DNA of 63,096 nucleotides, filler included, from Octopus bimaculoides (lineage: Eukaryota): the NCBI RefSeq assembly GCF_001194135.2. It is 4 parts of 4 records of this genome, joined end to end, with 100 filler letters (N's around TTAATTAATTAA, not from the genome) between each part and the next. Parts side by side here need not be neighbours in the genome. Positions count along the whole stretch, not along the records: positions 1 to 28,279 come from NC_068990.1; 3 more parts are not named here. One strand, given 5' to 3'. The notes under the pieces were generated by a model, which saw only the letters and a program-made list of their open reading frames with translations, had not been told where the DNA came from and ran no database searches. Every line of letters begins with the position of its first letter. The stretch's first letter is position 1. Shown piece by piece: positions 10,429-22,680 of the stretch. Position numbers and translations under genes: made by a program.

Positions 10429-10434
10429 AATAAA
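10429..10434 (+). terminator. Candidate polyadenylation signal of YARS2 (3' UTR about 1.05 kb)
   Basis: AATAAA (ATTAAA also at 10415-10420) followed by U/GU-rich sequence at 10455-10560. Position is inferred; no transcript data. Confidence 0.45.
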
Positions 10435-10574
10435 ACAATCACAAAATGTCAGGTTGTTTTATTATATTTTCTTTTAAATTTGAACTCTTAATTTGTGTTG
10501 TTTTTTTTTTGCATTTTGGTTGTTTTCTTTACTGTTTGTAGGTAGACTGTTTGTTTTTTTTACTAGGATCTGGG

Positions 10575-10740
10575 TTGAGTGTCTTGTTTAAGAAATTGAT
10601 GGTGCAGTGTCTTAATTAATTGCCTGAGAATGAAGAGTCTTGTCTAAGAGACAGAGTGGAGTGCCTTGTCTGAGAGACACTGATTAGAGTGTCTTGCCTA
10701 AGAGGCAAAGGGTAGAATATCTTGTCTAAGAGCAATGTGA
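10575..10740. repeat. Degenerate ~28-30 bp minisatellite (core agtgtcttgtctaagag)
   Basis: About 6 consecutive units visible. Confidence 0.7.
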
Positions 10741-10809
10741 CAAAGGTCCATAAATGGAAGAAAAGATTATCATCAAATTCGAAGGGGAGAGCCATAAACA
10801 GGTAAAGCG

Positions 10810-11802
10810 TGTATTTGTGTGCGTGTGTGTTTGTGTGTGTGTAAGTGTTTGTTTGTGTGTGTGTCGTGTGTGTGAGGGAGAAGGGAAGTTTGTGCGTGAT
10901 TATGAGGTGTGAGGTAAGGTGTGTGTGTGTGTGTGTGTATGCTGAGATAAGGTGTATGTGAGATGTGAACTAAGGCATGTATGTGTGTGTTTGGTAAGAT
11001 GTGTGTGTGTGTGTGTGGGCGAAAGGTGTGGGTGAAGGTGTGCAAGAGTTGGTTTCTAAGGTAACATCGTCTCATTTTCTATCCGTTCCACCTACATTTT
11101 CCCCTCCCCCTTTCCCTTGCTCCTCCCCTCCGCCTCCTCCCGTCATCAAGATGTTAGGAAGGAGTTGGGGGTGGGGTTGGTGATGATTCCGTTGATGATG
11201 GTGGTGAATGCAGTGTTGGTGGGGGTGGGCGTGATGGAGGCGAATGTGGAGTGAGGGCTGGCATGGCGTTGCTGGTGGTGGTGGTGGTAGTTACATTGTA
11301 TTTTCATAAATTAGTTCCCCCCTCCCTCCAATTCTTTCTACACTTAACTTCGAACACGCACACAAACACACACACACACATAATCCATACACAAACACAT
11401 TAATTCACTCACAAATGTACATATGCACACACAAATACACGTTAATACACACACATAACAATATACGTACACACACACACATGCACATAGATCTGTTTCA
11501 CATACAAACACACACACACACACACAGACATACGCACGCATACACATAATGTACATTTGTGTATTTTTACTTTTGAGATGAACAATACTGATGTAGAGTC
11601 CAACAATGACCACCACCACTATCCATGATCAAAGATGTACCAGCCACGACCATCTCATTTATTCTGAGACTTTGTGAGCCAATGTGTCTGAGGACAAAAG
11701 TAGGGGATTTAGCTGATATTTCTAGCTAGTTAACTGACCACATTAGCAACTTCCTCACTGGTTTCATGATGATGATGACGGCGACAACGTAGACGATGAT
11801 GA

Positions 11803-11837
<35 letters not shown>

Positions 11838-12147
11838 TCGAGAGAGAGAGAAGCACACACGCACATATCTGTGTGTCTGTATAAGTTAATGTGTCTATAT
11901 ATGTATATATATATGTATGTGTGAATGTATCTATGTATAAACATGTGAGTGTGGTGTTCCAGCATGGCCGCAGCACAATGAACAAGTAAAAAAGTATGTG
12001 TGTATATATATATATATATGTATGTATATATATATATATATGTATATATATGTGTGTGTGTGTGATTGAATGCGTGCATACTAAGAAGTATGCATATATC
12101 TATTATAATGTGTGTATACACACATACTCACGCATATATATACGCAT

Positions 12148-12186
<39 letters not shown>

Positions 12187-12561
12187 CATACACACACACA
12201 TGTGTATATAATTACAGATATATGTATGCACGCGTGTGTGTGTATATATATGTATGCATGTACGTATGTATTTACGCGTGTGTATGTGTGTATACAATGT
12301 ATACACACGCACAGACACACACACATACATGTATGTGAGTGTGTTTGAATGTACATTTAGTTGTGTGTGTGTAGTAGATGTCAGAATATTTGACCTCGCA
12401 GATGAAGGGAAAAAAAACTTTAATTATTTTGCACTCTGTTGACTGCGGAATTTCCGACAATTATCCAATGTTTCAGAAGTTCCATCACCCCCACAACCAC
12501 CACCACCACCACTACCACCACCACAAACATTGCAAACACCGCAGACGCCATCACCATCATC

Positions 12562-12594
<33 letters not shown>

Positions 12595-13000
12595 CTCATC
12601 ATCACCACCACCATCATCATCGTCATCATCATCATCAGCGTCATCACCACCACTACCATCACTGCCTCCTACACCATCACAAACATCACTACCAACTCCA
12701 ACACAACCACCACCACCGCCGCCAAAACCACTTCTTGCACCACCACCACCACCATACTACGTACTTACATCATAATTACCATCAGCATCGCCATCACTAA
12801 TACTTACATCACAATAATTACCACCACCACCACAGTGGCTACTAATAATACCATTACTATCATCTACCAGCACCACCTACGTCACCTCCACCACCGCCGC
12901 CGCCACACCACCACCACCAACTCCACCAACTCCACCACTACTACCACCTATACAACTACTACAGCACCCATAATCTCATCCCTTTATAATATTGCAGAAC
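10810..13000. repeat. Compound microsatellite field: (GT)n, (CA)n, (TA)n, (CAC/CAT)n; contains a SINE C tail at ~11955-11995
   Basis: Directly visible; source of many spurious ORFs. Confidence 0.9.
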
Positions 13001-16000
13001 ATCACTCTGTACCGGGCTGCCGAACTCCACTCCACGCTTCACCGCATAATCATGCACTCCACCAAAAAAAATAAATAAATAATAAAATAAAACACAAAAA
13101 AACCATTGCAACTCAAAGCCCATTAATATACTAAAACTATGTACACCGCAACCGACCTCCCCACCATCCCACCAGGTTATACCCTGCAGCAACAACACAA
13201 TAATGGGGTGGGGATTCAGTGCATTAATACATCCTGGTTTTCAAATAATACTGTTAACAAAAGAGGTAATACAATAAGATCGCAACAAAACTCCCTTTGT
13301 ATCCTGGACAATCCACCCCACCCCCACACACACATGCCTGTCCAAGAGTTGTTGCGATTATCAACATTTATCCAGACATCACCTTCTTCTCCAAACGTCT
13401 TTCTTTTCGGTCCTTCTAACAATTGTCACAACTTCTCACATATCGATGAAGAATGTTAAAAATACTTTTACAAGCTTTGAAAAGGCTCAATGGAATGAGT
13501 TCCACCAAGAAACCAATAAAAGTTTCCCAGAATTCAACAACGCCAAAATTAGATAAAGCAGCGTATTTATAGAAGCACCTTACCAAAATATATTCTCCAC
13601 AGCAGCATTGGAAAAAAAAAAAATACAATCCACTTAGAAACCAGAAATAGCCATCCTCTTTAAAACCAGGTCAACCTCAGACTCAATACCCCCAACACCA
13701 CATACACACAAATGAAATTAAACTCTGCATCAAATAATTAAGGAACGAAATAAATATTATATATTGTTGAAAAAAAAAACCCCGGAAAATTGGCAAACAT
13801 TGATGCCCAACGTAAACCACAAAACAGACCCAAAGCATTATACATAGAATAATTAGCAACATTAACGACAATGGCTATGTCACATCTCAACTTTATATAA
13901 TATTCCTGCTTGGCAACACTAAGTGTTCTTTATGAAACGTTTCTCGAAAATTCTTTTAATGAAATATCTCCAATACAATAGAAAATTCTAAACGCTCAAA
14001 GGCTTCAGTGCCAGACAATCTCAAAACCACATACCTAAAGTGTCTACAGTCAAAACCAATAACTAAGATTTTTCGTACCAATATTGTCAAATGCTTAGAA
14101 TACTAGAGTACCCTAGCTGTCAATAATGACAGCGGGTGTTTTACATAAACTATGTGATAGTTACAACATTTTGGTTAGTATGTATGAATATTCGATTTTT
14201 CCAAGTGGAGGTATTGTTGAAAAATGTACTTTTATATCCTAGAGTTGGGTATATAATTTAACGAAGCCGGGGGAAAGTATTTACACGACGCACTACGAAT
14301 ACTGTTACACGAGGTTAAACGCTCTCTGCCAACGGCTCACAATGAACTGCTTGCTCATCAATTGCTCACAGTTCTTTATTTTATAGCAATGTGTTAGTCC
14401 ATTTTTAGTCACTTGGGAGTGGTCGGAATCCTTCCACAACATGTACCAAATGAAAGTTGCTAATGAGAGCATGAGGACGTAAATAAAAATGTCAAAATAA
14501 CAGGAAAGTAAGAAAATTATGTTTATTTATCACTTTCCAAGTATTTTACGGATTTGATTACTTTTAATATTGTAGAATATAATGTAGTTAACGATTCACT
14601 TGTTATTCTACATTGTTATTTTCTATTTTCATATATTTGTGTATCATTTGAAAATTAATATTCCGTTGATATCTTTGAAAATGTTTGTTTTGTGTTCCAT
14701 ATTTGTATAATGTTTGCATGTATAATATATTTTATTCAGCATAAATTTCGTTTGATTTCCTTCAATATCATCAGAGTAATGGCGATTTTACTGAAAATTT
14801 TTAGGGTTGTACAAACTTCTGTGAGATACGGTATATATGTATTCTCAAAGCTATCAAAATGTATGCATATTTACACATGGCTACATGATCTTACAATTAA
14901 CATAGGTTTTCTAAAGATTTTCAAAGGACAGCGGGTTTCGTTTATGCAAAATCTGTGCATTTACAACATATTTGACAAACTTTGTGCAAAAGCTACAAAT
15001 GTAAATAATAAGTATTATTATTCTTATTCGCCGCAGAAGTTCCTGAAGAACAATGCTTCTTTTTTTAGACATAAAGATGCAACAACACATCTTATCTATC
15101 TGAATTTTCAATCTGTAATTTCAATTTTTTCTTTTCATTCTGCTTAAAACAAGAAATACGTGCATGCAGGAAGCGTAACAAGTAAATAGTCTGAAGATGA
15201 ATACATGATATCTCTCAGTAAGGGAATATAAAAAGTAAGAGTGGAACATGTATGAAGTAGAACAATTAATTGTGGATAAAATGGATATACAAATATATGC
15301 ATATAGCGTATTAAATATATACACTGATGACAGATAGCGTGTTACATGCATTGGTTAGATTTACTAATCAGAAAAAGGAGAAAATTAATTTGATCAACTG
15401 AATTTATGAAAATAAAAACATTAGTTAAGCATTATATGGCAAAGAAAACAGCAAAACATAAACAGAAAGATTCCAGCCTGTGTCAGATAATCTAAAAAAT
15501 AAATCTTATAAAGAAGAACGAATTAATGGCTTGAAAAGGGTTAAGGGTTACACAACACACACACACACACATACACACATGAGTATATATAGATTTCTGG
15601 GTTTTCAGTGTTTTCATATTCTTTTCTTTATTAACCATAAAGGTAAAAAAAATAGAGTGGACGATACACGGACAGACAAGGGGTCGGGGGACGAACTGGA
15701 CATATAATCGATGATAAATCAATATAAAATTCGGATGAAAAATCAATTATGAAGTGAGGCACGTGGCCAACCCCACAAACTACATTCCAACACTGAATCC
15801 TTTGGTAGATTCTTTAATTTCTCACTCAAACAGGTTCATTTACTCTCAATAATCTTGCTACTTTCATCCATCTTTTCCGAAATATTTCGTGTGACAGGCA
15901 CCTCCTCTCAACCCTTATTTTTTTCTTTTTCATACGGAAAAGGAAAAAGTTCAGCAACCCAAGGGCTCGAGATGAAAGTGCCCGTCACGATCCCTTTCCC

Positions 16001-16129
16001 TCTCGTCTTCAATACTACATCCTTCGCGGTAGCTACTAAGCAGAAGAAACAAGCCTGCTATTCCCTATTCAGCGAAGACAGCGGCACAGTCTTAATTATA
16101 GATTCGGTCGACAGTTTTACTCTTCTCAG

Positions 16130-16440
16130 TTGCTACAACAGTTGTTCGACATACGCCCCCAGTTCCGATATCTTCGGACATTGCACGGTGAACTGATGAT
16201 TGTCAGATGGGGCCTCATTGGAGAAAAAATGGAGGGGGATCAACCAGTCCAAAGTCATCCATTGAAACCAAGGACTTGTGTGCTGGGGCATTGTCCTGAT
16301 GAAGCAAGAGCCCTTTCATCAGTTTTCGTGGGTGTTTGGTCTTGATAGCCTTTTGCAATCCCCGAAACTGAGGACATCGCCTTTTCGGCAGATGAAACGA
16401 CTTTGGCCTTCTTTGGAGCAGATGAAGAGTCCGACAAAAT
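16130..16440 (-). mobile_element. Mariner (DD34D, Himar1/irritans-like) transposase remnant, catalytic region
   Basis: Frames give SSAPKKAKVVSSAEK and AIKTKHPRKLMKGLLLHQDNAPAHKSLVSM...LVDPP (mariner SAGKVM / HQDNAP.H / HPPYSPDL motifs, decayed). Confidence 0.9.
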
Positions 16441-17732
16441 ATTAAATTAAAAGAAAAAATGGTTTTTAAAAGCACTGCATGACTGGAATGAAAATGACAA
16501 GATGTGTAAGAGTGACAAATGGTATATGTTTATAATCACTGGAGAGAAAGAGGAATATAAAATAGGAACGAATTGTACTGAGAGACACAAACAATTTAGC
16601 GAAGATCATAGAAGATAGCAACAAACGACTAAAATTAGAATTAATTAATTAATTACAGCAATAAATGCACAAATAGGAAGATCATCTTACTTTCCACGCA
16701 TTGAAGGCGACTTGTCCCCCTCCCACACCACATGTATTTAATATATATATATATATATATANNNNNNNNNNNNNNNNNNNNNNNNNNNNNNNNNNNNNNN
16801 NNNNNNNNNNNNNNNNNNNNNNNNTGAGAATGCAAAGGCCATTTAGAGATGTTTATTGACTTGACCGGTTTTACTTTTTTAGAAAAAGATTATCAAAGGT
16901 AAAATGTAAAGCTTTGTGTAAGCTTTGTTGTGTTAAAAAATGGTTAGATTTCCTGTAATTTTTTTAGGATGCTTTGGTTCAATAAGTTTTCTGCTTGTTG
17001 TGACTTTTGGGACTCGAGTGGTGTTTATATATAACAAAGTAAAGTTGTAAGGAATCGCACGAGTGAAAATATATATGAAAGAACACACACACACACACAC
17101 CACAAACCTTCCACATCAATAAAAGACCATAAACAAGTAAACTCGGGAGCAAACTGTGGATGGTTAATATGAATTATAAATCTGACAGCAAAACTGAAAG
17201 TTGCAAAGTTCTGGACTCTAACCGTTAGAATGTTGGTCAGACCAGTTCAACATTTTCACGTAGGCTCACTATGCACTTGCATCGCGGTACTATTGTACAA
17301 TATTACACCACCCACCACCAAACATTAAATAGCTAATTACTAGAGGAGAATATGTATATACTTATTTAAATTCCACGTAAAAACAGAAGATTAATTATGG
17401 AAAACATAGTCATATCGTAACATCGCGTTAAATTAAAGCGAAAAAAACCCACACATGTCAAAAAATTAACACCTGACAACAAGAAAATCAACACCTGACT
17501 GTTGGTGCATGAAGCTAAGAGTATAAGAAACATTTGTCGAGAAAACCAACACGAAATCAATGAGTGTGTTAGAAAGAACAGAGACGTCGAATATAACCAA
17601 TTCTTGAAAATAAGAGAATGGAACGTCGATTATGAATTTAGAAGCTCTGTTGTTCCAAACACATCGCAAAAATTTTATAAAATACTAAAAACATAAAAGA
17701 GATAGTTGTGTATTTAATGATATATATATGTA

Positions 17733-17921
17733 TTAGGTTGGTGCATAATTATTGCGGCTTCTTTTCAATAAATTTTATGCAACAAAACGCCAAGCAGAAA
17801 TTGAAGTAGATGGTGAATATGCTCCGGAATAATCATTTAAAGATGTTTTTGTTATGTTGTTATTGTTTTTGTTGAATAAAATTTATTGAAAAATAGCTGC
17901 AATATTTATGCACCAACTTAA
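17733..17921. mobile_element. 189-bp mariner-type MITE with ~55-bp TIRs and TA TSD
   Basis: ta|ttaggttggtgcataattattgcggc...gctgcaatatttatgcaccaacttaa|ta. The TIR resembles the Hsmar1/MADE1 TIR TTAGGTTGGTGCAAAAGTAATTGCGG. Confidence 0.9.
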
Positions 17922-18580
17922 TATGTATATATATATGTGCGTGTGTGTATGTAACTATATATGTATATATATGTGTGTGTATATATGTATATATATATGT
18001 GCATGTGTATATATGTATGTATATATATACACACACGCGCGCACATGCACACGCATACACACACTCGCACCCACCCACACATAAGAGAATAATTTCTTTT
18101 CTTTCTCTTCCAAATTATTACGCTTGCATTTTACTCAAGCCGTCACAAGAACATTCCACCTTTCCACTTCCATATTGCTCTCTCAACGTCGCTGCAACTT
18201 CTTGTGGGTTTTATCTTCACGATTTTGCTTCCTGCAGATCGCGTTGTACCCTGTCTTGGCTATGACATCATGCGTCATAAGTACATAATACAGTGATGAC
18301 ATCTTTCGGACAGTTACATATGAGGTGAGTCTTTACCGCCAGTCTTAATTCCGCTGTTTCTGCAGCGTTGGTCGTGTTTAGGTGGCTTCCTGCATTCTCA
18401 TCTCTTTCAGTACAGTATACATTTCCTTATTTCCTGTCATTGGGGAACAAAAGCGCAAACTTCAAAGAGAAAGCTAATATCTCAGTTGTTAGCCTAAGTT
18501 TAACTACCTTGATTATCAACATTGCTGTCACTGTGAAGCTTTCTGGGAATATAGCCATGTATGACCTTTTGCTCATCTAT

Positions 18581-18643
<63 letters not shown>

Positions 18644-19186
18644 NNNNNNNNNNNNNNNNNNNNNNNNNNNNNNNNNNNNNNNNNNNNNNNNNNNNNNNNN
18701 NNNNNNNNNNNNNNNNNNNNNNNNNNNNNNNNNNNNNNNNNNNNNNNNNNNNNNNNNNNNNNNNNNNNNNNNNNNNNNNNNNNNNNNNNNNNNNNNNNNN
18801 NNNNNNNNNNNNNNNNNNNNNNNNNNNNNNNNNNNNNNNNNNNNNNNNNNNNNNNNNNNNNNNNNNNNNNNNNNNNNNNNNNNNNNNNNNNNNNNNNNNN
18901 NNNNNNNNNNNNNNNNNNNNNNNNNNNNNNNNNNNNNNNNNNNNNNNNNNNNNNNNNNNNNNNNNNNNNNNNNNNNNNNNNNNNNNNNNNNNNNNNNNNN
19001 NNNNNNNNNNNNNNNNNNNNNNNNNNNNNNNNNNNNNNNNNNNNNNNNNNNNNNNNNNNNNNNNNNNNNNNNNNNNNNNNNNNNNNNNNNNNNNNNNNNN
19101 NNNNNNNNNNNNNNNNNNNNNNNNNNNNNNNNNNNNNNNNNNNNNNNNNNNNNNNNNNNNNNNNNNNNNNNNNNNNNNNNNNNNNN

Positions 19187-19219
<33 letters not shown>

Positions 19220-19454
19220 TTATATATGTTTTGCAAGATTTTTGATGTGAAATCGGGTGTTGAAACAGATGTTGTTGCATTTGGGGATGGTCATATTGCC
19301 AGTTTAGCCAATAAGAACTCTGGCCGAAATAGGATTAATGTAATGTAATGTAATATAAAGCTGAAGTAAATTAACACTAAATATACAGTGCGTGTGTTTT
19401 TATTGGCTAAACTGGTAATATGACCGTCCCCAAATACAACATATGTATATATAT

Positions 19455-19735
19455 ATATTCGTTTATTCTTTTACTCGTTTTAGTCATTTGACTGCGGCCA
19501 TGCTAGAGCACCGCCTTTTAGTCGAACAAATCGGCCCCAGGACTTATTCTTTGTAAGCCTAGTACTTATTCAATCGAAATGCTTAGCGGTATTTCGTCTG
19601 CCGTTACGTTCTGAGTTCAAATTCCGCCGAGGTCGACTTTGCCTTTCATCCTTTCGAGGTCGATTAAATAAGTACCAGTTGCGTACTGGGGTCGATCAAA
19701 TTTCAGGCCTTGTGCCTAGAGTAGAAGAGTATATA
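19455..19735. mobile_element. SINE C 3' tail (minus, ~19455-19575) abutting a SINE B copy (plus, ~19576-19735, tail type 2)
   Basis: gtcatttgactgcggccatgctagagcaccgcc...cctagtacttattc is followed directly by gaaatgcttagcggtatttcg...gagttcaaattccgccgagg. Confidence 0.85.
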
Positions 19736-19750
19736 TGTATACACACACAC

Positions 19751-19834
<84 letters not shown>

Positions 19835-20749
19835 TTATGTACATATATATGCATATATGGGTACAGGACGTCACAAAACGTAGACTACATATACATATAT
19901 TTATATATATACACATAGGCATATACATGTATGCATGGATGGATGGATGTGGGTGCATATAAAATCAACATCGTTATATAATGCAAAATGTTGAGATTAT
20001 TCTATGCAGATCCTTGGACCTTCTGGTTTCATGGCTTTCAAGAATTATCAGAAGAGCAAGCATTTAATTAATTGAAGCAAGGTGTTAAAAAGACTGTTCA
20101 CAAACACACACAGGTACACCTGTACATACACAATCACACACGCGCGCGCACACACACACATACTCGCGCGAAAACAGTTATCCATATATTATATATATGT
20201 GTGTATATATATATATGTATGTGTGTGTATATATATATATATATGCATACATGTATATATATATACACACATACATACGTAGCTGTGTTTGTGTGTAAGT
20301 ATATATATACATATGTAGAATATATACACATGTATGTATTTAAATACCTACCTATCTATCTGCCTGTCTATAATACATACATACATACATATATACATAC
20401 ACACATGCATGCATATATATATATATATATATATATATANNNNNNNNNNNNNNNNNNNNNNNNNNNNNNNNNNNNNNNNNNNNNNNNNNNNNNNNNNNNN
20501 NNNNNNNNNNNNNNNNNNNNNNNNNNNNNNNNNNNNNNNNNNNNNNNNNNNNNNNNNNNNNNNNNNNNNNNNNNNNNNACAACAACAGCAGCAGCAGCAG
20601 CTCCTGATTCAGTAATAATTTGAGAAAAACAAATTTATTTACAGCTTTTGGTGTTACTTTGCTAATTTAAAGAAAAAAAGAAAGCTTAAAGTTTAAAAAA
20701 CACACATTTTATTTACTATGTACACACACATACAAACACACAAAAACAT

Positions 20750-20783
<34 letters not shown>

Positions 20784-21900
20784 ATATATACCACGTAAGT
20801 GAATATATGCATACATGTTATATATACATGTTGTATATGTACGCATCTAGGCTGTAAGTATGTACGTATGTATGTATGCATGTATGTGTGCACGTGTGTG
20901 CGTGCCTGAATGTGTGTGCGTGCGTGCGCGCGTGTGTCTGTGAGTGTACGTGTGTGTGTATGAGTGTGTCTGTGCGTGTACGTGTGTGTGTGTGTGTGTG
21001 TCTGTGCGTGTACGTGTACATGTACGTGTACGTATGTACGTGTACGTGTGCGTGTGTTTTACTACATTTTTCACAAGCTCGCCATGTTTGTTTGAAGTAA
21101 AAAAGGTGACTCGGTGCAACTTTTGTCGACGAAGAAGAAAGTAAGAAAGTAAGGAAGAAAGGAAGGAAGGAAAAGAAAGGAAGAGAGAGAGAAAGAACCG
21201 TAGAATGGCAAAGATGATGGCGAATATATGACATTGAGGAGGCTGGCTTAGATGGAAGCTTTATTTAAAACATTATTATTGTTTTGTTTGTTGTTTTGTT
21301 TTGTCTTTTTTGTTGTTGTTGTTTTTCAAATTATAAATGCTGTTGTTATCATTATTAACATTATTATTGCTGGTTTTTTTTTGTCTCATTGTTGACAATC
21401 TCTTGTTGTTGTTTCTGGTGGCGGAGGTGGCGGTGGTATTGTCGTCGTCTTCGTCGTCGTCATCATCATCATCATCATCATCACCACCATCATCGTCATC
21501 ATCATCCTCATCATCATAATCATCATCATCATCATCATCATCGTCATCGTCATCATCGTCAGCATCATCATCGTCATCGTCATCATTACAACCATCATCA
21601 TCATCATCATTGTCGTCGTCGTCGTCAACATCTTAACTATTGTCACCACCACCATCATCATCATCACCATCATCATAGCAGTAGTATTACGGTAGATGTT
21701 TTTGGTATTGTCATTTTTTTTAGCTTGTTGTTCTTTTTGTTGTTCCTGCTTTTTTTTTGTCTTTTTGCCGTCGTTGTTGTTGTTGTTGTTCCTCTTGTTT
21801 TTCTTCGTCTTGTCGCTGCTGCCCTTTTTTTCCCCTCTTCCTGCTGCTCATATTCTTGTTGTTGTTCTTGTGGCTATTATCTTGTGGATGTGGTTGTCTC
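19735..21900. repeat. Compound microsatellite field: (TAA)n, (TA)n, (CA)n, (TATG)n, (CAT/CGT)n, (GTT)n
   Basis: Directly visible. Confidence 0.9.
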
Positions 21901-21984
21901 AGTTGGTTTCAGTTGTTCTTCTTGTTGTTGTTGTTGTTGGCAGGAGTGAAGAACCAGTTGTCGTTTGGCACCAGTTCAACCTCA

Positions 21985-22240
21985 ATCAAGTGTGCCTTCA
22001 ATCAAAAGTCGTTCTAGCCGTGGCCATCCCGTCCTTTCATACGTCCATGACAACATTATCTAAAGTGTCCTTCCACTTTAAAAATATTCAACGTGATTTA
22101 AGAGAAACTTGGCTGCTATTACTAGCAGATCTTGTGACCATGCGGGGGGTCTTTCACTATCTTTCATTTTTACGTGTTTCGGTCACTGGACTGCGACCAT
22201 GCTGGAGCAACGCTTTGAACGGTTTTAGTCAAGCAGCACA
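21985..22240. mobile_element. Family D repeat followed by a SINE C tail
   Basis: ttctagccgtggccatcccgtc...ttggctgctattactagcag matches 3200-3555; cggtcactggactgcgaccatgctggagc matches 19480-19515. Confidence 0.6.
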
Positions 22241-22544
22241 TTTCCAGTATCATCATCATCATCGTCGTCATCATCACCATCATCATCACCATCATCGTAG
22301 NNNNNNNNNNTTTATAGTAGTGTGGAACATTAGTGTGTTCATGTGGAAATGTCTTTTAGTCACAAAATCAATGTGACTGTTATAATTGTGGTGGTGGCCA
22401 CGGCTGACATGGCTCAGGTAGACAGATCCGGGCCAAGACCCAACATTTGCTCTTCCTTCTACATTTATCTTTGTGTTTGGAGCTAATTATGTCACGAGTG
22501 TTATTGCTGTTGTTGTTGTTGTTGTGTGTGCATTTTGTTGTTTG

Positions 22545-22680
22545 CGAGGACGCGTGGCCTGGTGGTTCGTGCGCTTCACTCACGATCGCGAGGTTGTGCT
22601 TTCAATCGTCGGACCGGGTGGTTCATTGTGTTTTTCAGCAAAACACTCACGTTGCTCGGCCATCTCTTTGACACCTGACG
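22545..22680 (+). mobile_element. tRNA-headed CORE-like SINE, same family as 54905-55110
   Basis: gcgtggcctggtggttcgtgcgcttcactcacgatcgcgaggttgtgctttcaatc aligns with gtgtggcctagtcgtgaatgagctgcactcattatcgcgagatcgtggtttcaattcc. Confidence 0.65.

Noticed and set aside
11161-11290. G-quadruplex candidates (also 6210-6230 and 41210-41230)
   Set aside because: Mostly GG tracts or fewer than four G3 runs within simple repeats; not distinctive.
11344-13074. Long ORFs rich in His, Thr, Ile, Tyr or Cys-Val (also 19.7-21.9, 24.0-25.7, 40.9, 43.5, 47.3, 51.5 and 54.7 kb)
   Set aside because: They are translations of di- and trinucleotide microsatellites, which lack stops in several frames; no domain, splice or codon evidence.
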